From the NCBI GenBank assembly GCA_021794235.1, contig JAJYRE010000018.1, forward strand, positions 3,441 to 67,440: a stretch of DNA of 64,000 bases. The letters are read 5' to 3'. Both the position numbers and the translations under genes were made by a program. Under the pieces are notes generated by a model. It was given only the letters and a program-made list of their open reading frames with translations, was not told the origin of the DNA and did not search any database. The stretch is from Nanobdellota archaeon (GTDB lineage Archaea; Nanobdellota; Nanobdellia; Parvarchaeales; Parvarchaeaceae). Below, piece after piece: positions 20,676-29,404 of the stretch (positions are counted from its first letter, which is position 1; each line of letters opens with the position of its first letter).

Positions 20676-20964
20676 TGGGCAGATAATCCTAGCCGTAATA
20701 ATCGACAATAGCGTCCATATATACCGTGTAAAGACCTTGAATGATGCAAAGGACATACTGAATACATCAAAACCAGAGGTCGTGGCCGTGGATAAGAGCG
20801 CTTCCGAATTCTATGAGGATTTAGAATATGGGTTTAATACTGTCAAATTCGAGTCTTCTGTGCATGATATTTCAGCACCGATGAAAAAGTTAACTCCTCT
20901 GAATATAGTAAAGGATAGTGATAGACCCGCGATAGCGGCCGCATACTATTCAATTGAAAGCTAA
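20638..20964 (+). CDS. hypothetical protein (possible RNase H-like fold)
   Basis: 108 aa. It overlaps the methyltransferase 3' end by 38 nt. Confidence 0.4.
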   Translation: MKYMKTAGIASYNGQIILAVIIDNSVHIYRVKTLNDAKDILNTSKPEVVAVDKSASEFYEDLEYGFNTVKFESSVHDISAPMKKLTPLNIVKDSDRPAIAAAYYSIES

Positions 20965-20966
20965 AC

Positions 20967-21374
20967 TCACTGAAGTATCGGTTTGTCCTGAAGAACTTCT
21001 CCTTTCTCGACTTTTACGAAGTTTGGCACGACAAGCAGATAATCCTCGTCTATACCTATTATCTGTGCTTCGGCAGCGTCTGCGCTCTTTTTAAGTTTTG
21101 ATATCGTTCTCTTGAGTTCTTCCACTCCGCCTTTCTCCTTAAGGTCTTTTATCTTTATGAATGCAAGGGTATATCCGGATCTTATATCATTAAGGATGGG
21201 GGAGGAATCCTCGAATTTAACCAAGGAGTAATATTTGACATATATCTTTGCGAGTGGCTTATCCTTCTGCTCTACTTCCAATTCTACGTAGTCGCTATTG
21301 GAAGAAGACTCTATATTTACGTTCTTCTTAAATATATTCAAAAATTTATCAATTGGTAGATTTGTCATAAGCAC
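20967..21374 (-). CDS. hypothetical protein
   Basis: 135 aa with no motif recognised. Confidence 0.4.
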   Translation of the reverse strand: MLMTNLPIDKFLNIFKKNVNIESSSNSDYVELEVEQKDKPLAKIYVKYYSLVKFEDSSPILNDIRSGYTLAFIKIKDLKEKGGVEELKRTISKLKKSADAAEAQIIGIDEDYLLVVPNFVKVEKGEVLQDKPILQ

Positions 21375-21534
21375 CTCACATTTTATTTATCGTAATTAAA
21401 TATACACAGGTGGCATATTTAAATGCTATTGTAATTTTTCTAATGACGCAAGTACAATAACTGCCGATAGATTTACTACTATAGAAAATGTACGGTTTGC
21501 ACATATTTATATCACCTAGTTTCATGAACTTCGT

Positions 21535-22149
21535 ATGGGTGGGTACCAGCTTAGCCTGGACAATTTTCTGGGCGCACGGAACAGATTGAAGGGGCCAAAG
21601 GATGTCGCTGACAGAATAATAGGAAACTCTGCAGTTGGCCTGACATTTGATTTTGACTTGAATATTAATTTTACTTCGCTCGTAACATCCACGTACGATG
21701 TTGAGGATGCTGAGAAGAGCATTGCTGCGATGGATAAAATGCAGCTGGATTATGTGTGTTTTTTGGTTTCGGATGAAATTAAAAAGAGAGCACTCGATGA
21801 TTACCTTCTTAAGCCTAGAAAAGTACCTAAAGCCCTGTCAAAAAAAATATATGATGAGGTCAACAGTGTGAAAATTTCCTCGCCTCTTATCATAATGGAC
21901 CTGGATAAAAATCTAGAATATACACTCATGAGGTGTACAGACGGAGATATATCTAAGAACCGTATCGAAATGAGGAAAATCGCCAACCCGTTTGAAGACA
22001 AGTACTTAAAATTCTATGACCATAAAGCTACAAACCTCGGGCATTACTATGATATTATGTCCGGCGGACTGTCTAAAGAGGAAGCTGACATAATCGTAGA
22101 CAATATATGCAGGAGGAGGGATTTGAACCCTCGAAGGCCTGAGCCATAA
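21535..22149 (+). CDS. hypothetical protein; 3' end runs 42 nt antisense into tRNA-Leu
   Basis: 204 aa with protein-like composition. Confidence 0.4.
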   Translation: MGGYQLSLDNFLGARNRLKGPKDVADRIIGNSAVGLTFDFDLNINFTSLVTSTYDVEDAEKSIAAMDKMQLDYVCFLVSDEIKKRALDDYLLKPRKVPKALSKKIYDEVNSVKISSPLIIMDLDKNLEYTLMRCTDGDISKNRIEMRKIANPFEDKYLKFYDHKATNLGHYYDIMSGGLSKEEADIIVDNICRRRDLNPRRPEP

Positions 22150-22190
22150 GGTCCTAAGCCTTACACGTTTGACCGCTTCGTTACCCCTGC
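22108..22190 (-). tRNA. tRNA-Leu (anticodon TAG), 83 nt with long variable arm
   Basis: Hand-folded from GCAGGGGTAACGAAGCGGTCAAACGTGTAAGGCTTAGGACCTTATGGCTCAGGCCTTCGAGGGTTCAAATCCCTCCTCCTGCA. It has a 7-bp acceptor stem, anticodon loop CTTAGGA, T-loop TTCAAAT and no encoded CCA. Confidence 0.9.
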
Positions 22191-22639
22191 TTAGTCTTAT
22201 CCTTGAACTGTACTATATCCGCAAACGTGATGTGGCCGTCATCCGCATTCCCGGAATAACCGGTGTATACTTTTTCGAAAAGTGATATTCCTAAAACATC
22301 TTCAAGCTTTCCGGCGAGTTCGTCAGTAGGTGTGATTTTTCCTTCAGCCACCTTCTTTAGCGTGAGCCTGGATTCCTTCAGCCTGTTTGAGAGCTCGTCT
22401 ATACTTATATTGCTATCCTTCAGTGCTTTCGATATCACATTCGAATAATCCAGTCTCAGCTCTATCTCCATGGATCCTTGCTGTTGCTGATGGTTCTGTT
22501 TTGTCGTACTTTCTGGCTTTTTTACCTCTCCTATGACCTTGCCGTTCTTTGAGCATTCTCCACATACGGTCAGTATTGCACCTTCTATTTCCGTCCTGTA
22601 CAATGTACCATCAGAGAAACCACACAATTCACAATTCAT
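22181..22639 (-). CDS. mbf1: archaeal multiprotein-bridging factor 1 (Zn-ribbon + HTH_3)
   Basis: N-terminal CELCG...CGEC zinc ribbon and a C-terminal Xre-type HTH (ISIDELSNRLKESRLTLKKVAEGKITP). The stop codon TAA lies at tRNA-Leu positions 8-10. Confidence 0.8.
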   Translation of the reverse strand: MNCELCGFSDGTLYRTEIEGAILTVCGECSKNGKVIGEVKKPESTTKQNHQQQQGSMEIELRLDYSNVISKALKDSNISIDELSNRLKESRLTLKKVAEGKITPTDELAGKLEDVLGISLFEKVYTGYSGNADDGHITFADIVQFKDKTKQG

Positions 22640-24327
22640 AAACCAAGTCGATCCAGATAGATCTCCGCCACCGAAGCAGGCATTTCCAATCCGAACTCGT
22701 TCAAGACTTTCGGATGAACCTCTCCGACTATTCCTATATTCTGGCCGTTATAATTTATAAATCCGGCACGTCCTTTTATCATCATTTTTGAGAATCCGTC
22801 CAGGTCATCGTCCTTTACAAAAGACGGCTTTGCGTCTGTAAATGTATCGGATAGTACCCTCCTAACAACTGTCACTATATCGCTCACATTCGCGGTTTTA
22901 CCGCACGAGATAATTGTAAGCCTTAGCTGGTTATCAAAAAGAACATCTGCGTCTGACTTCCTGACAACGTAACCTATATCGAACAGATTCTGCGGAAATC
23001 TCTTGTTTAGGTTATTTGATACGAAACGTAACATCTCCGGTAATACATTTACCCTCGTCATTGTTATGTCACCGCTTTTAATGTCTATAAGCGGGGCATA
23101 ATTAGAAGAGGGTATACCGGTCTTCTCAAACTGTATTGTCTCGTTGGTTAAAACATTGAGTTCTAACTCCTGGTAACCAGAACCTATCATTAGGTTTCGT
23201 ATGTTTTCAACAGCCCTGTAATTTGCAAGTCTTGATCCGACCGTGTATGTCCTTAGCTCTGAGGAAGGCAGCTCATTTATTCCGAACATACGGACTACAT
23301 CGTCGACTATGTCAACTTGATGTATAATGTCCTGCCTGTAGAATGGCGGAACAATTATTAGCGAATCGCCGTTATCCTCATGTACTTCGTAATCGAAAGC
23401 CTTTAGTATGGACGCAACTTTCTTGAGAGGTATTTCTATACCCAGTATACTTGAGATATTATCCTGGTTCAAGTTGAATTTCTCGCTCTGTAAGGAGAAT
23501 CCGGTATCAATATCTTTAGACGAATATGACGGAGACACGACTTCTACACTGCCGAAGAACTGCAGGTTGAATGCCAATGCATTTGTAACGGAATTTACTG
23601 CATGCCTGTCTGTCCCTGTTATGTCTACGAAGAGAGTCTTTGTCTCATTTGTTACCGAACAGAAATCCGCATTTATCACCGGAGGAAGCGAAACTATCTT
23701 ACCGTCTTTCTGCGTCCAGACTGCGGGTTCACCGGATATTAATTTACCGTATTCGAGCCCCTGCTTAGTCTCTAGCATCACGGCATCATATCTCTTTTCA
23801 GAGTTATATCCGAGGGGAACGAATGATATATCCCCCTTCTTTCTAGTAGAATAGGTAATGGGAAACTCGAGCTTATCATAATCAAATATGCCTATCGCAG
23901 CCATTTTTCTGTTTCTTCCTATCGTAGAATCTAGCTTGTTCTGTATCTCTACCAATTCCTGTATAGAACCTCCTATCATCTTATCCAGTTTTACAAACAG
24001 GGTATTCACAAAAGGCCTTTCGCTTTTCTTAACTGTGACCTCCAGTTTTTTAGAGGATATAGTACTATTTCTATGAACGGAGAACCCCAACATTTCTGCT
24101 ATAAGGTTTGCAAGAGCGTACTTTGACACTATCTCCAGTCTATCAGATGTTAGTTCGAAGTTCATATACCCGTCATCGCCCGTCAGGTCTATGCCGTACT
24201 TGAAACAGACATCGTCATAATCTTTCCTAGATAGTTTCTTACGCAGGATTCTGTTCATTTCCTCGATGCTTGAATTTATCATTACCATATCACGGCGACC
24301 CCTTGAAAATTTTCCCGACCTGAACAT
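22636..24327 (-). CDS. pheT: phenylalanine--tRNA ligase beta subunit
   Basis: 563 aa with B3/4 and B5 domains, archaeal PheT architecture. Adjacent to pheS. Confidence 0.9.
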   Translation of the reverse strand: MFRSGKFSRGRRDMVMINSSIEEMNRILRKKLSRKDYDDVCFKYGIDLTGDDGYMNFELTSDRLEIVSKYALANLIAEMLGFSVHRNSTISSKKLEVTVKKSERPFVNTLFVKLDKMIGGSIQELVEIQNKLDSTIGRNRKMAAIGIFDYDKLEFPITYSTRKKGDISFVPLGYNSEKRYDAVMLETKQGLEYGKLISGEPAVWTQKDGKIVSLPPVINADFCSVTNETKTLFVDITGTDRHAVNSVTNALAFNLQFFGSVEVVSPSYSSKDIDTGFSLQSEKFNLNQDNISSILGIEIPLKKVASILKAFDYEVHEDNGDSLIIVPPFYRQDIIHQVDIVDDVVRMFGINELPSSELRTYTVGSRLANYRAVENIRNLMIGSGYQELELNVLTNETIQFEKTGIPSSNYAPLIDIKSGDITMTRVNVLPEMLRFVSNNLNKRFPQNLFDIGYVVRKSDADVLFDNQLRLTIISCGKTANVSDIVTVVRRVLSDTFTDAKPSFVKDDDLDGFSKMMIKGRAGFINYNGQNIGIVGEVHPKVLNEFGLEMPASVAEIYLDRLGL

Positions 24328-25819
24328 CCCTTAACAAATCCAAATCTGCAAATGCACCGTAAAGTTTTCTTATATCGTCCAGACCTATCCGCAGATTCAA
24401 CATCCTCTCCATGCCGAATCCCCATGCTATTATGTTCTTTGTTATACCTAACGGTCTCAGAGTCTCTGGCCTAAATATACCTGAATTCCCAAGTTCGACC
24501 CATCTTCCGAGATCTGGACTGAATCCCTGTATCTCCAGGCTCGGTTCGGTGTAAGGATTATATGTAGGTTTCAGACGTATCTGATCGATTCCTATACGCT
24601 TGTAGAACTCTTTTATGTAAGCGGTTAGGTCTCTAAGTGTAAGATTATCATCATAGACTATCCCTTCTATCTGATACAGTTCGAGAAGGTGCGTAGCATC
24701 CATTGTCTCGTTCCTGAACACTTTATCTATAGAGAAAAACTTAAAGGGTTTTTCAGGACTCTTAGCTATATAATGTGCTATATACCTGAAAGTCGTAGAT
24801 GTAGTGTGCCCCCTCAGGATAAGTACATCGCTCTTCTTGGTATCAAAATCCATCCTTTGGCCTATCGATCTGTTATATTTTCCATCCGAAAAGCCGGATT
24901 CGTATACGCTCATGACGTTATTAAGGATTTTTTTCGGGACGGTGGCCCTTCCTGCATCAATGTAGACAGTATCCTGTATATCTCTGTCCGGATGATTCTG
25001 TTTGAACATCATAACATCAAAATTCCAAAAAGTAGATTCAGCGTAATTGCTGTGCATCTCGGAGAATCCCATAGAGACAAGTACGTCTTTTATAAGCGAG
25101 GCGAACTCGACCTTTATGTTTTTTCTACCGATAACCGACTGCGGAACCTCTGCGTTTAAATCATATTCCCTGAATGAGAAATCTTTCCAGTTCTTTATGA
25201 CATCGTAATTCAGTTTATCAACGGATAAGTTGTTGAATTCTTTGTGCTGTAGGATTTTCCTTCCGAATTCAGTAATCTCAAGATTCTGCTGAAGGTCAGT
25301 ATCGACTTTTATGATGCCCCTCTTTATCATATCGGATAGTTCAGGAGTCTCTTTCAGACTTTCCCCTTTACCTACCGAATCTAGCAATTTTGCTCGTTCT
25401 ATAACATGATTCAACTTGTCTAGATTACCGCTTATTACCGAAGAAATTTCGATGGCATTTGCCTTTTTCAGCGAGCCTATAGCTGCAGAAAATTCCTTTT
25501 CATCCAGCCCAGACAAAGAGTATAAATCCTTGTAGGTTATGCTGCTTCTTTTAATAAGCAGTTTGGCGAGAATGCATTCGGGTAAGCCGGTTCTATGATA
25601 GTTTGCACCCAGGTCGGTAAGGCTGTATTGAACAGATGACAGTGTCGCCAATTTTATGACATCTTTGCTGAAAAGCTTCCTTGCAGAGTTCAGTACGGAT
25701 GACTTATCGAGTGGAGTCTGTGCCTCTATCTCGGAAACTGTAAGGCTCTTCTCAGCAAGCATTGTAAGTATTTTCTTGTCAGTCTCATTGAGCGTACGTA
25801 CAACATCTATCTCGTCCAT
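24290..25819 (-). CDS. pheS: phenylalanine--tRNA ligase alpha subunit
   Basis: Class II aaRS motifs (FRNE, GHTTS...). 509 aa. Confidence 0.9.
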   Translation of the reverse strand: MDEIDVVRTLNETDKKILTMLAEKSLTVSEIEAQTPLDKSSVLNSARKLFSKDVIKLATLSSVQYSLTDLGANYHRTGLPECILAKLLIKRSSITYKDLYSLSGLDEKEFSAAIGSLKKANAIEISSVISGNLDKLNHVIERAKLLDSVGKGESLKETPELSDMIKRGIIKVDTDLQQNLEITEFGRKILQHKEFNNLSVDKLNYDVIKNWKDFSFREYDLNAEVPQSVIGRKNIKVEFASLIKDVLVSMGFSEMHSNYAESTFWNFDVMMFKQNHPDRDIQDTVYIDAGRATVPKKILNNVMSVYESGFSDGKYNRSIGQRMDFDTKKSDVLILRGHTTSTTFRYIAHYIAKSPEKPFKFFSIDKVFRNETMDATHLLELYQIEGIVYDDNLTLRDLTAYIKEFYKRIGIDQIRLKPTYNPYTEPSLEIQGFSPDLGRWVELGNSGIFRPETLRPLGITKNIIAWGFGMERMLNLRIGLDDIRKLYGAFADLDLLRDVQVGKIFKGSP

Positions 25820-25886
25820 AAAATATAATTTTGTGAGCTAATAATTTAACTCTATCGCTCAGACAATAAATGCTTACGGATCAGTA

Positions 25887-27314
25887 CTATTCAGAGTTCT
25901 TAAAGGTCCTAATACCGCCTTTCTCTACGAGCTTCGAGGCTAGATACGGCCCGGAAACATACAGATCTGCAAATTTAGAATCAGAGCTTTCCTCGGCTAT
26001 TTCATACATTGGGGGAGTTATCGAATTCATTGGGTCAAACTTCTCATCGAATGAGTCGTATACAAATCCAGGCAGGTCTAGTTTTCTGAGTCTACTCATA
26101 TAATCATCGATATTGCTGTATTTCTTCTTAAGGGCGCCCACTGCAGATAGAAGTCTGTTCGTAGCCGTATAAAGATCATATCCTTCCAGAGGTTTAGTCT
26201 GTGCTAGTTTGTCCATGGCTTGCATCGCATAGTAGCTAGCCATCTGTTCGCTTGTAGCGCCTGCGTGATGGGACAGTTCATGATAATCCGCGAATATGTA
26301 GCCGGGTGCAGCGACAGCCCTCTTTCTGTTTACAAAAACGTAACCGTGAACGCCTTTCTTAAATAGTTTACCCATCAGGGAAGAAGGAATAAACGTTGCG
26401 CCACCAACTCCCGAAGGGCTCTTATGTATTATCGAACTTGCTTTAACTTTTTTACCTAGAGACTCCTCTATGAATGGGATTACCTCCTCTTCATAAAGTT
26501 TCGTATTGGCTATGCTGTCCATCATATAATTGCTGGCCTTAGAGCTGCTCATCATATAGACTGCATTAAGGTCTTTAAGAGAAACTTCATCCCTACGATC
26601 GTTTAGAAAGCTTCCTGAGTATTTCTTATAGGTTGCGTAGAATTCTTTTTTGTATTTCTTTATATCTTTCTCAATCGCAGTCCGCTCCAGATAATCGGCA
26701 TTAAATTTTTTCTGTAGGTGCATAACTATCATATTCATGAGCAATGTGCCCCCAACTGTTACAAGCGCTCCAGTCTCTATAAATGTGGGTATATTGACTG
26801 GTAATTCCTCCATGAAAAGCTGCCCGAATGGTATGTGCAAGGCCGCGGAGTAATATGCAGTCTCTAGAGCAAACATGCCTGCCGTAGCTAGTTCACCGAA
26901 TGAGCCAACAAGCGATGCATTCGCGAGAGTGTGGTTATTCGTCTTGTTCAATACGAAGTTATAAATGCCAAAGCAAGCGGAAATTGGTGATAATAACGCC
27001 TTGCTGGCATAACCAAGAGCCTTTTTCAAAACGGGCGTTTTACGTTGCACACTGTCATCCGGCAGTAGACTCTCTAGATTTGTGTTAACGTCAATGTCCA
27101 ATAGTGATTTGTAATATCTGTCTACGCCATCTTTGCCATATTTTGCAACCGCGGCTTCATAATTAAGATTATTTGCGGATTTAGAAGTACTCTTAATGAC
27201 TGATGGCTCTAGGTAGAAGTTATCTGCTAGTTTATAGAATTCATTGATATTTGTATTGTGCCGGCTAACTGAACGTTTCTCAGAACTTATTATAGACTCA
27301 AGATTTTCGTCCAT
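25887..27314 (-). CDS. hypothetical membrane protein with HExxH (putative Zn-metallopeptidase) motif
   Basis: 475 aa with central TM helices and a C-terminal ADYHELSHHAG motif. Confidence 0.5.
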   Translation of the reverse strand: MDENLESIISSEKRSVSRHNTNINEFYKLADNFYLEPSVIKSTSKSANNLNYEAAVAKYGKDGVDRYYKSLLDIDVNTNLESLLPDDSVQRKTPVLKKALGYASKALLSPISACFGIYNFVLNKTNNHTLANASLVGSFGELATAGMFALETAYYSAALHIPFGQLFMEELPVNIPTFIETGALVTVGGTLLMNMIVMHLQKKFNADYLERTAIEKDIKKYKKEFYATYKKYSGSFLNDRRDEVSLKDLNAVYMMSSSKASNYMMDSIANTKLYEEEVIPFIEESLGKKVKASSIIHKSPSGVGGATFIPSSLMGKLFKKGVHGYVFVNRKRAVAAPGYIFADYHELSHHAGATSEQMASYYAMQAMDKLAQTKPLEGYDLYTATNRLLSAVGALKKKYSNIDDYMSRLRKLDLPGFVYDSFDEKFDPMNSITPPMYEIAEESSDSKFADLYVSGPYLASKLVEKGGIRTFKNSE

Positions 27315-27386
27315 CTTTAAACTATGATATAGTTTAATATTAATACTTTACCATTAAATAGTAATAGTGTATAATTAAAGAGTACT

Positions 27387-27896
27387 ATGATAATATCGAT
27401 AAGTGGCACGCCCGGAACTGGAAAGCACACCATAGCAAGGGAACTCGCAAAAAAATTGGATTACAGAATCATAGACTCCAATGAACTGCTAAGGGGAAAA
27501 TATGAAGTGAGTATCAAGGAGCTTAATGCGGCTGTTGGGCCAGAATTAAAGGATAACTCTATTATAGTTTCGCATATGGGGCATTTCTTAAAGTCAAAGA
27601 AGGTAGATTTGTTCATAATCATTAGGTGTGATCCAATGCGTCTGAAGAAAAGGCTGGAAAAAAGAGGGTACAGCAAAGAAAAGGTACATGACAATATTTT
27701 ATTTGAAGCGCTGGATGGTTCATACATAGAATCTGCATCGATACACAAAAACACTATTCAGGTGGATAACACCAAAAATATAGAAAGGACTATAAAAGAG
27801 CTTGTAGGCTACATAACGAAAAAACGACAGATCAAAAAATTTAGGAGCAATTACATAAAGCAGCTAATAAAGATAGAAAATATGAACAGACAGTAA
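27387..27896 (+). CDS. putative nucleotide kinase, Fap7/adenylate kinase isoenzyme 6-like
   Basis: MIISISGTPGTGKHTIARELAKK P-loop. 169 aa. Confidence 0.7.
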   Translation: MIISISGTPGTGKHTIARELAKKLDYRIIDSNELLRGKYEVSIKELNAAVGPELKDNSIIVSHMGHFLKSKKVDLFIIIRCDPMRLKKRLEKRGYSKEKVHDNILFEALDGSYIESASIHKNTIQVDNTKNIERTIKELVGYITKKRQIKKFRSNYIKQLIKIENMNRQ

Positions 27897-27923
27897 TTTA
27901 AATAGAACTGAACTATACTGAAC

Positions 27924-28679
27924 ATGAAACTTCTGTCGTGGAATATAAACGGGATAAAGAGTGCTCTTAAGAAAGGAATCCTGCTTGAGATGGTGGAATC
28001 TGGAAAGTATGATGTTGTACTTCTTCAAGAAACGAAGGCAAAGGAATTCCCAGACGCTTTTGACTACTCAGAATATAATTCATATTTTTTCAAGGCGAAT
28101 AAGCCCGCTTATAGCGGTACTGCAATAATAACGAGGATTAAACCACTATCGGTAACGTATGGGTTCGGTGACCCTGAGTTTGATAATGAAGGCAGGGTGA
28201 TAACTGCGGAATTCGACAAATATTATGTAGTGAACAGCTATTTCCCAAATTCCAGAAGGGAGCTAACTAGACTGGATTACAAGCTCGCGTTCAACAAAAA
28301 GATGCTTGAGTATTTAGAGGACTTGAGAAAGAGTAAGCCCGTCATTATAGGGGGTGATTTCAATGTAGCACATACGGAGATAGATATTGCAAGACCTAAG
28401 GAGAACGTTATGAACCCAGGATTTACTGAGCAGGAGAGAGCATGGATGACGAAGATTTTGCAGAAAGGTTACATAGACACTTACAGGGAGTTCATAAAGG
28501 ACAGTGGTCACTATTCATGGTGGTCCCTTATAACATTCGCTAGGAAGAGAAATATAGGTTGGAGAATAGACTATTTTATAACCTCTGATGAATTAAAAAA
28601 CTCTTTAAGGGGTGCCGATATACTAGAAAACGTTTATGGCTCGGATCACGCACCTGTATATCTTGAAGTGGATGTTTAG
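27924..28679 (+). CDS. xth: exodeoxyribonuclease III / AP endonuclease (EEP family)
   Basis: MKLLSWNINGIKSA...LQETKA...GSDHAPVYLEV motifs. Confidence 0.9.
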   Translation: MKLLSWNINGIKSALKKGILLEMVESGKYDVVLLQETKAKEFPDAFDYSEYNSYFFKANKPAYSGTAIITRIKPLSVTYGFGDPEFDNEGRVITAEFDKYYVVNSYFPNSRRELTRLDYKLAFNKKMLEYLEDLRKSKPVIIGGDFNVAHTEIDIARPKENVMNPGFTEQERAWMTKILQKGYIDTYREFIKDSGHYSWWSLITFARKRNIGWRIDYFITSDELKNSLRGADILENVYGSDHAPVYLEVDV

Positions 28680-29371
28680 AACACGGGCTGATCGTGGAAT
28701 ATCCTTATGCCCTTGTCAGTTATGTCGAAGGGGTGCATCCCCGTGCTGTGTGATGAGAACCTCATCTTAAGGACGGTTACGGCTTTCTGGTAAAAATTCT
28801 GGTTGTACTGCATTGATAGCAGGATAACCATATCTGAAAGATATATTGGTATCGCCATATCCTCCGAGAGTTGCATTTTATTTATGTCGCCGTATCTTTC
28901 TACGGTAACCATTGTAGTACCAAATTTTCTTAGCATCTCAAAGGTCTCAGTAAGCATGTTCCTCTGCATAACTATGTCCTTTATCTCCCACAGGAAAGGT
29001 GTCAGCGGATCTATCACTATTCTGGAGTGCTTTCCCTCCCTAGTCTCCAGTATCTTAGGAAGATCTACCGACAAGAATTTCTTAAAGTCATGGCCGGACA
29101 TTTTTGTAAAAATAAAATTTTTGCCTACGTTCTCTCCGAATTCCTTGAATCCCAAAGACTCTGCGCTTTTTATAAAAGACTCAAGATTCTGCTCTAGACT
29201 GATGTAAAACACCTTCTCATCATTTCTGAGTCCTTCGAGCAAGAACTCCATGCTGAATATTGTTTTACCGGCACCGGGAGAACCGTATAACGTTGTTACG
29301 CTGTTCTTAACAAATCCACCGTTTACTAACTGGTCAAATCCCTCTACGCCGGTATGTACATGTTCAGTCAT
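28676..29371 (-). CDS. RecA-superfamily ATPase, single KaiC/RadB-like domain
   Basis: GVEGFDQLVNGGFVKNSVTTLYGSPGAGKT Walker A. 231 aa, 33 nt downstream of polX on the same strand. Confidence 0.7.
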   Translation of the reverse strand: MTEHVHTGVEGFDQLVNGGFVKNSVTTLYGSPGAGKTIFSMEFLLEGLRNDEKVFYISLEQNLESFIKSAESLGFKEFGENVGKNFIFTKMSGHDFKKFLSVDLPKILETREGKHSRIVIDPLTPFLWEIKDIVMQRNMLTETFEMLRKFGTTMVTVERYGDINKMQLSEDMAIPIYLSDMVILLSMQYNQNFYQKAVTVLKMRFSSHSTGMHPFDITDKGIRIFHDQPVF

Positions 29372-29404
29372 AAATTAAGTACTAGCTTTTGCAATTTATA
29401 TATT

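Noticed and set aside
21191-21215. gggggaggaatcctcgaa resembling the 3' part of tRNA-Leu (possible att duplicate)
   Set aside because: Only loose similarity to the tRNA-Leu 3' end, with no contiguous match of 12 nt or more. Not a convincing partial tRNA copy.
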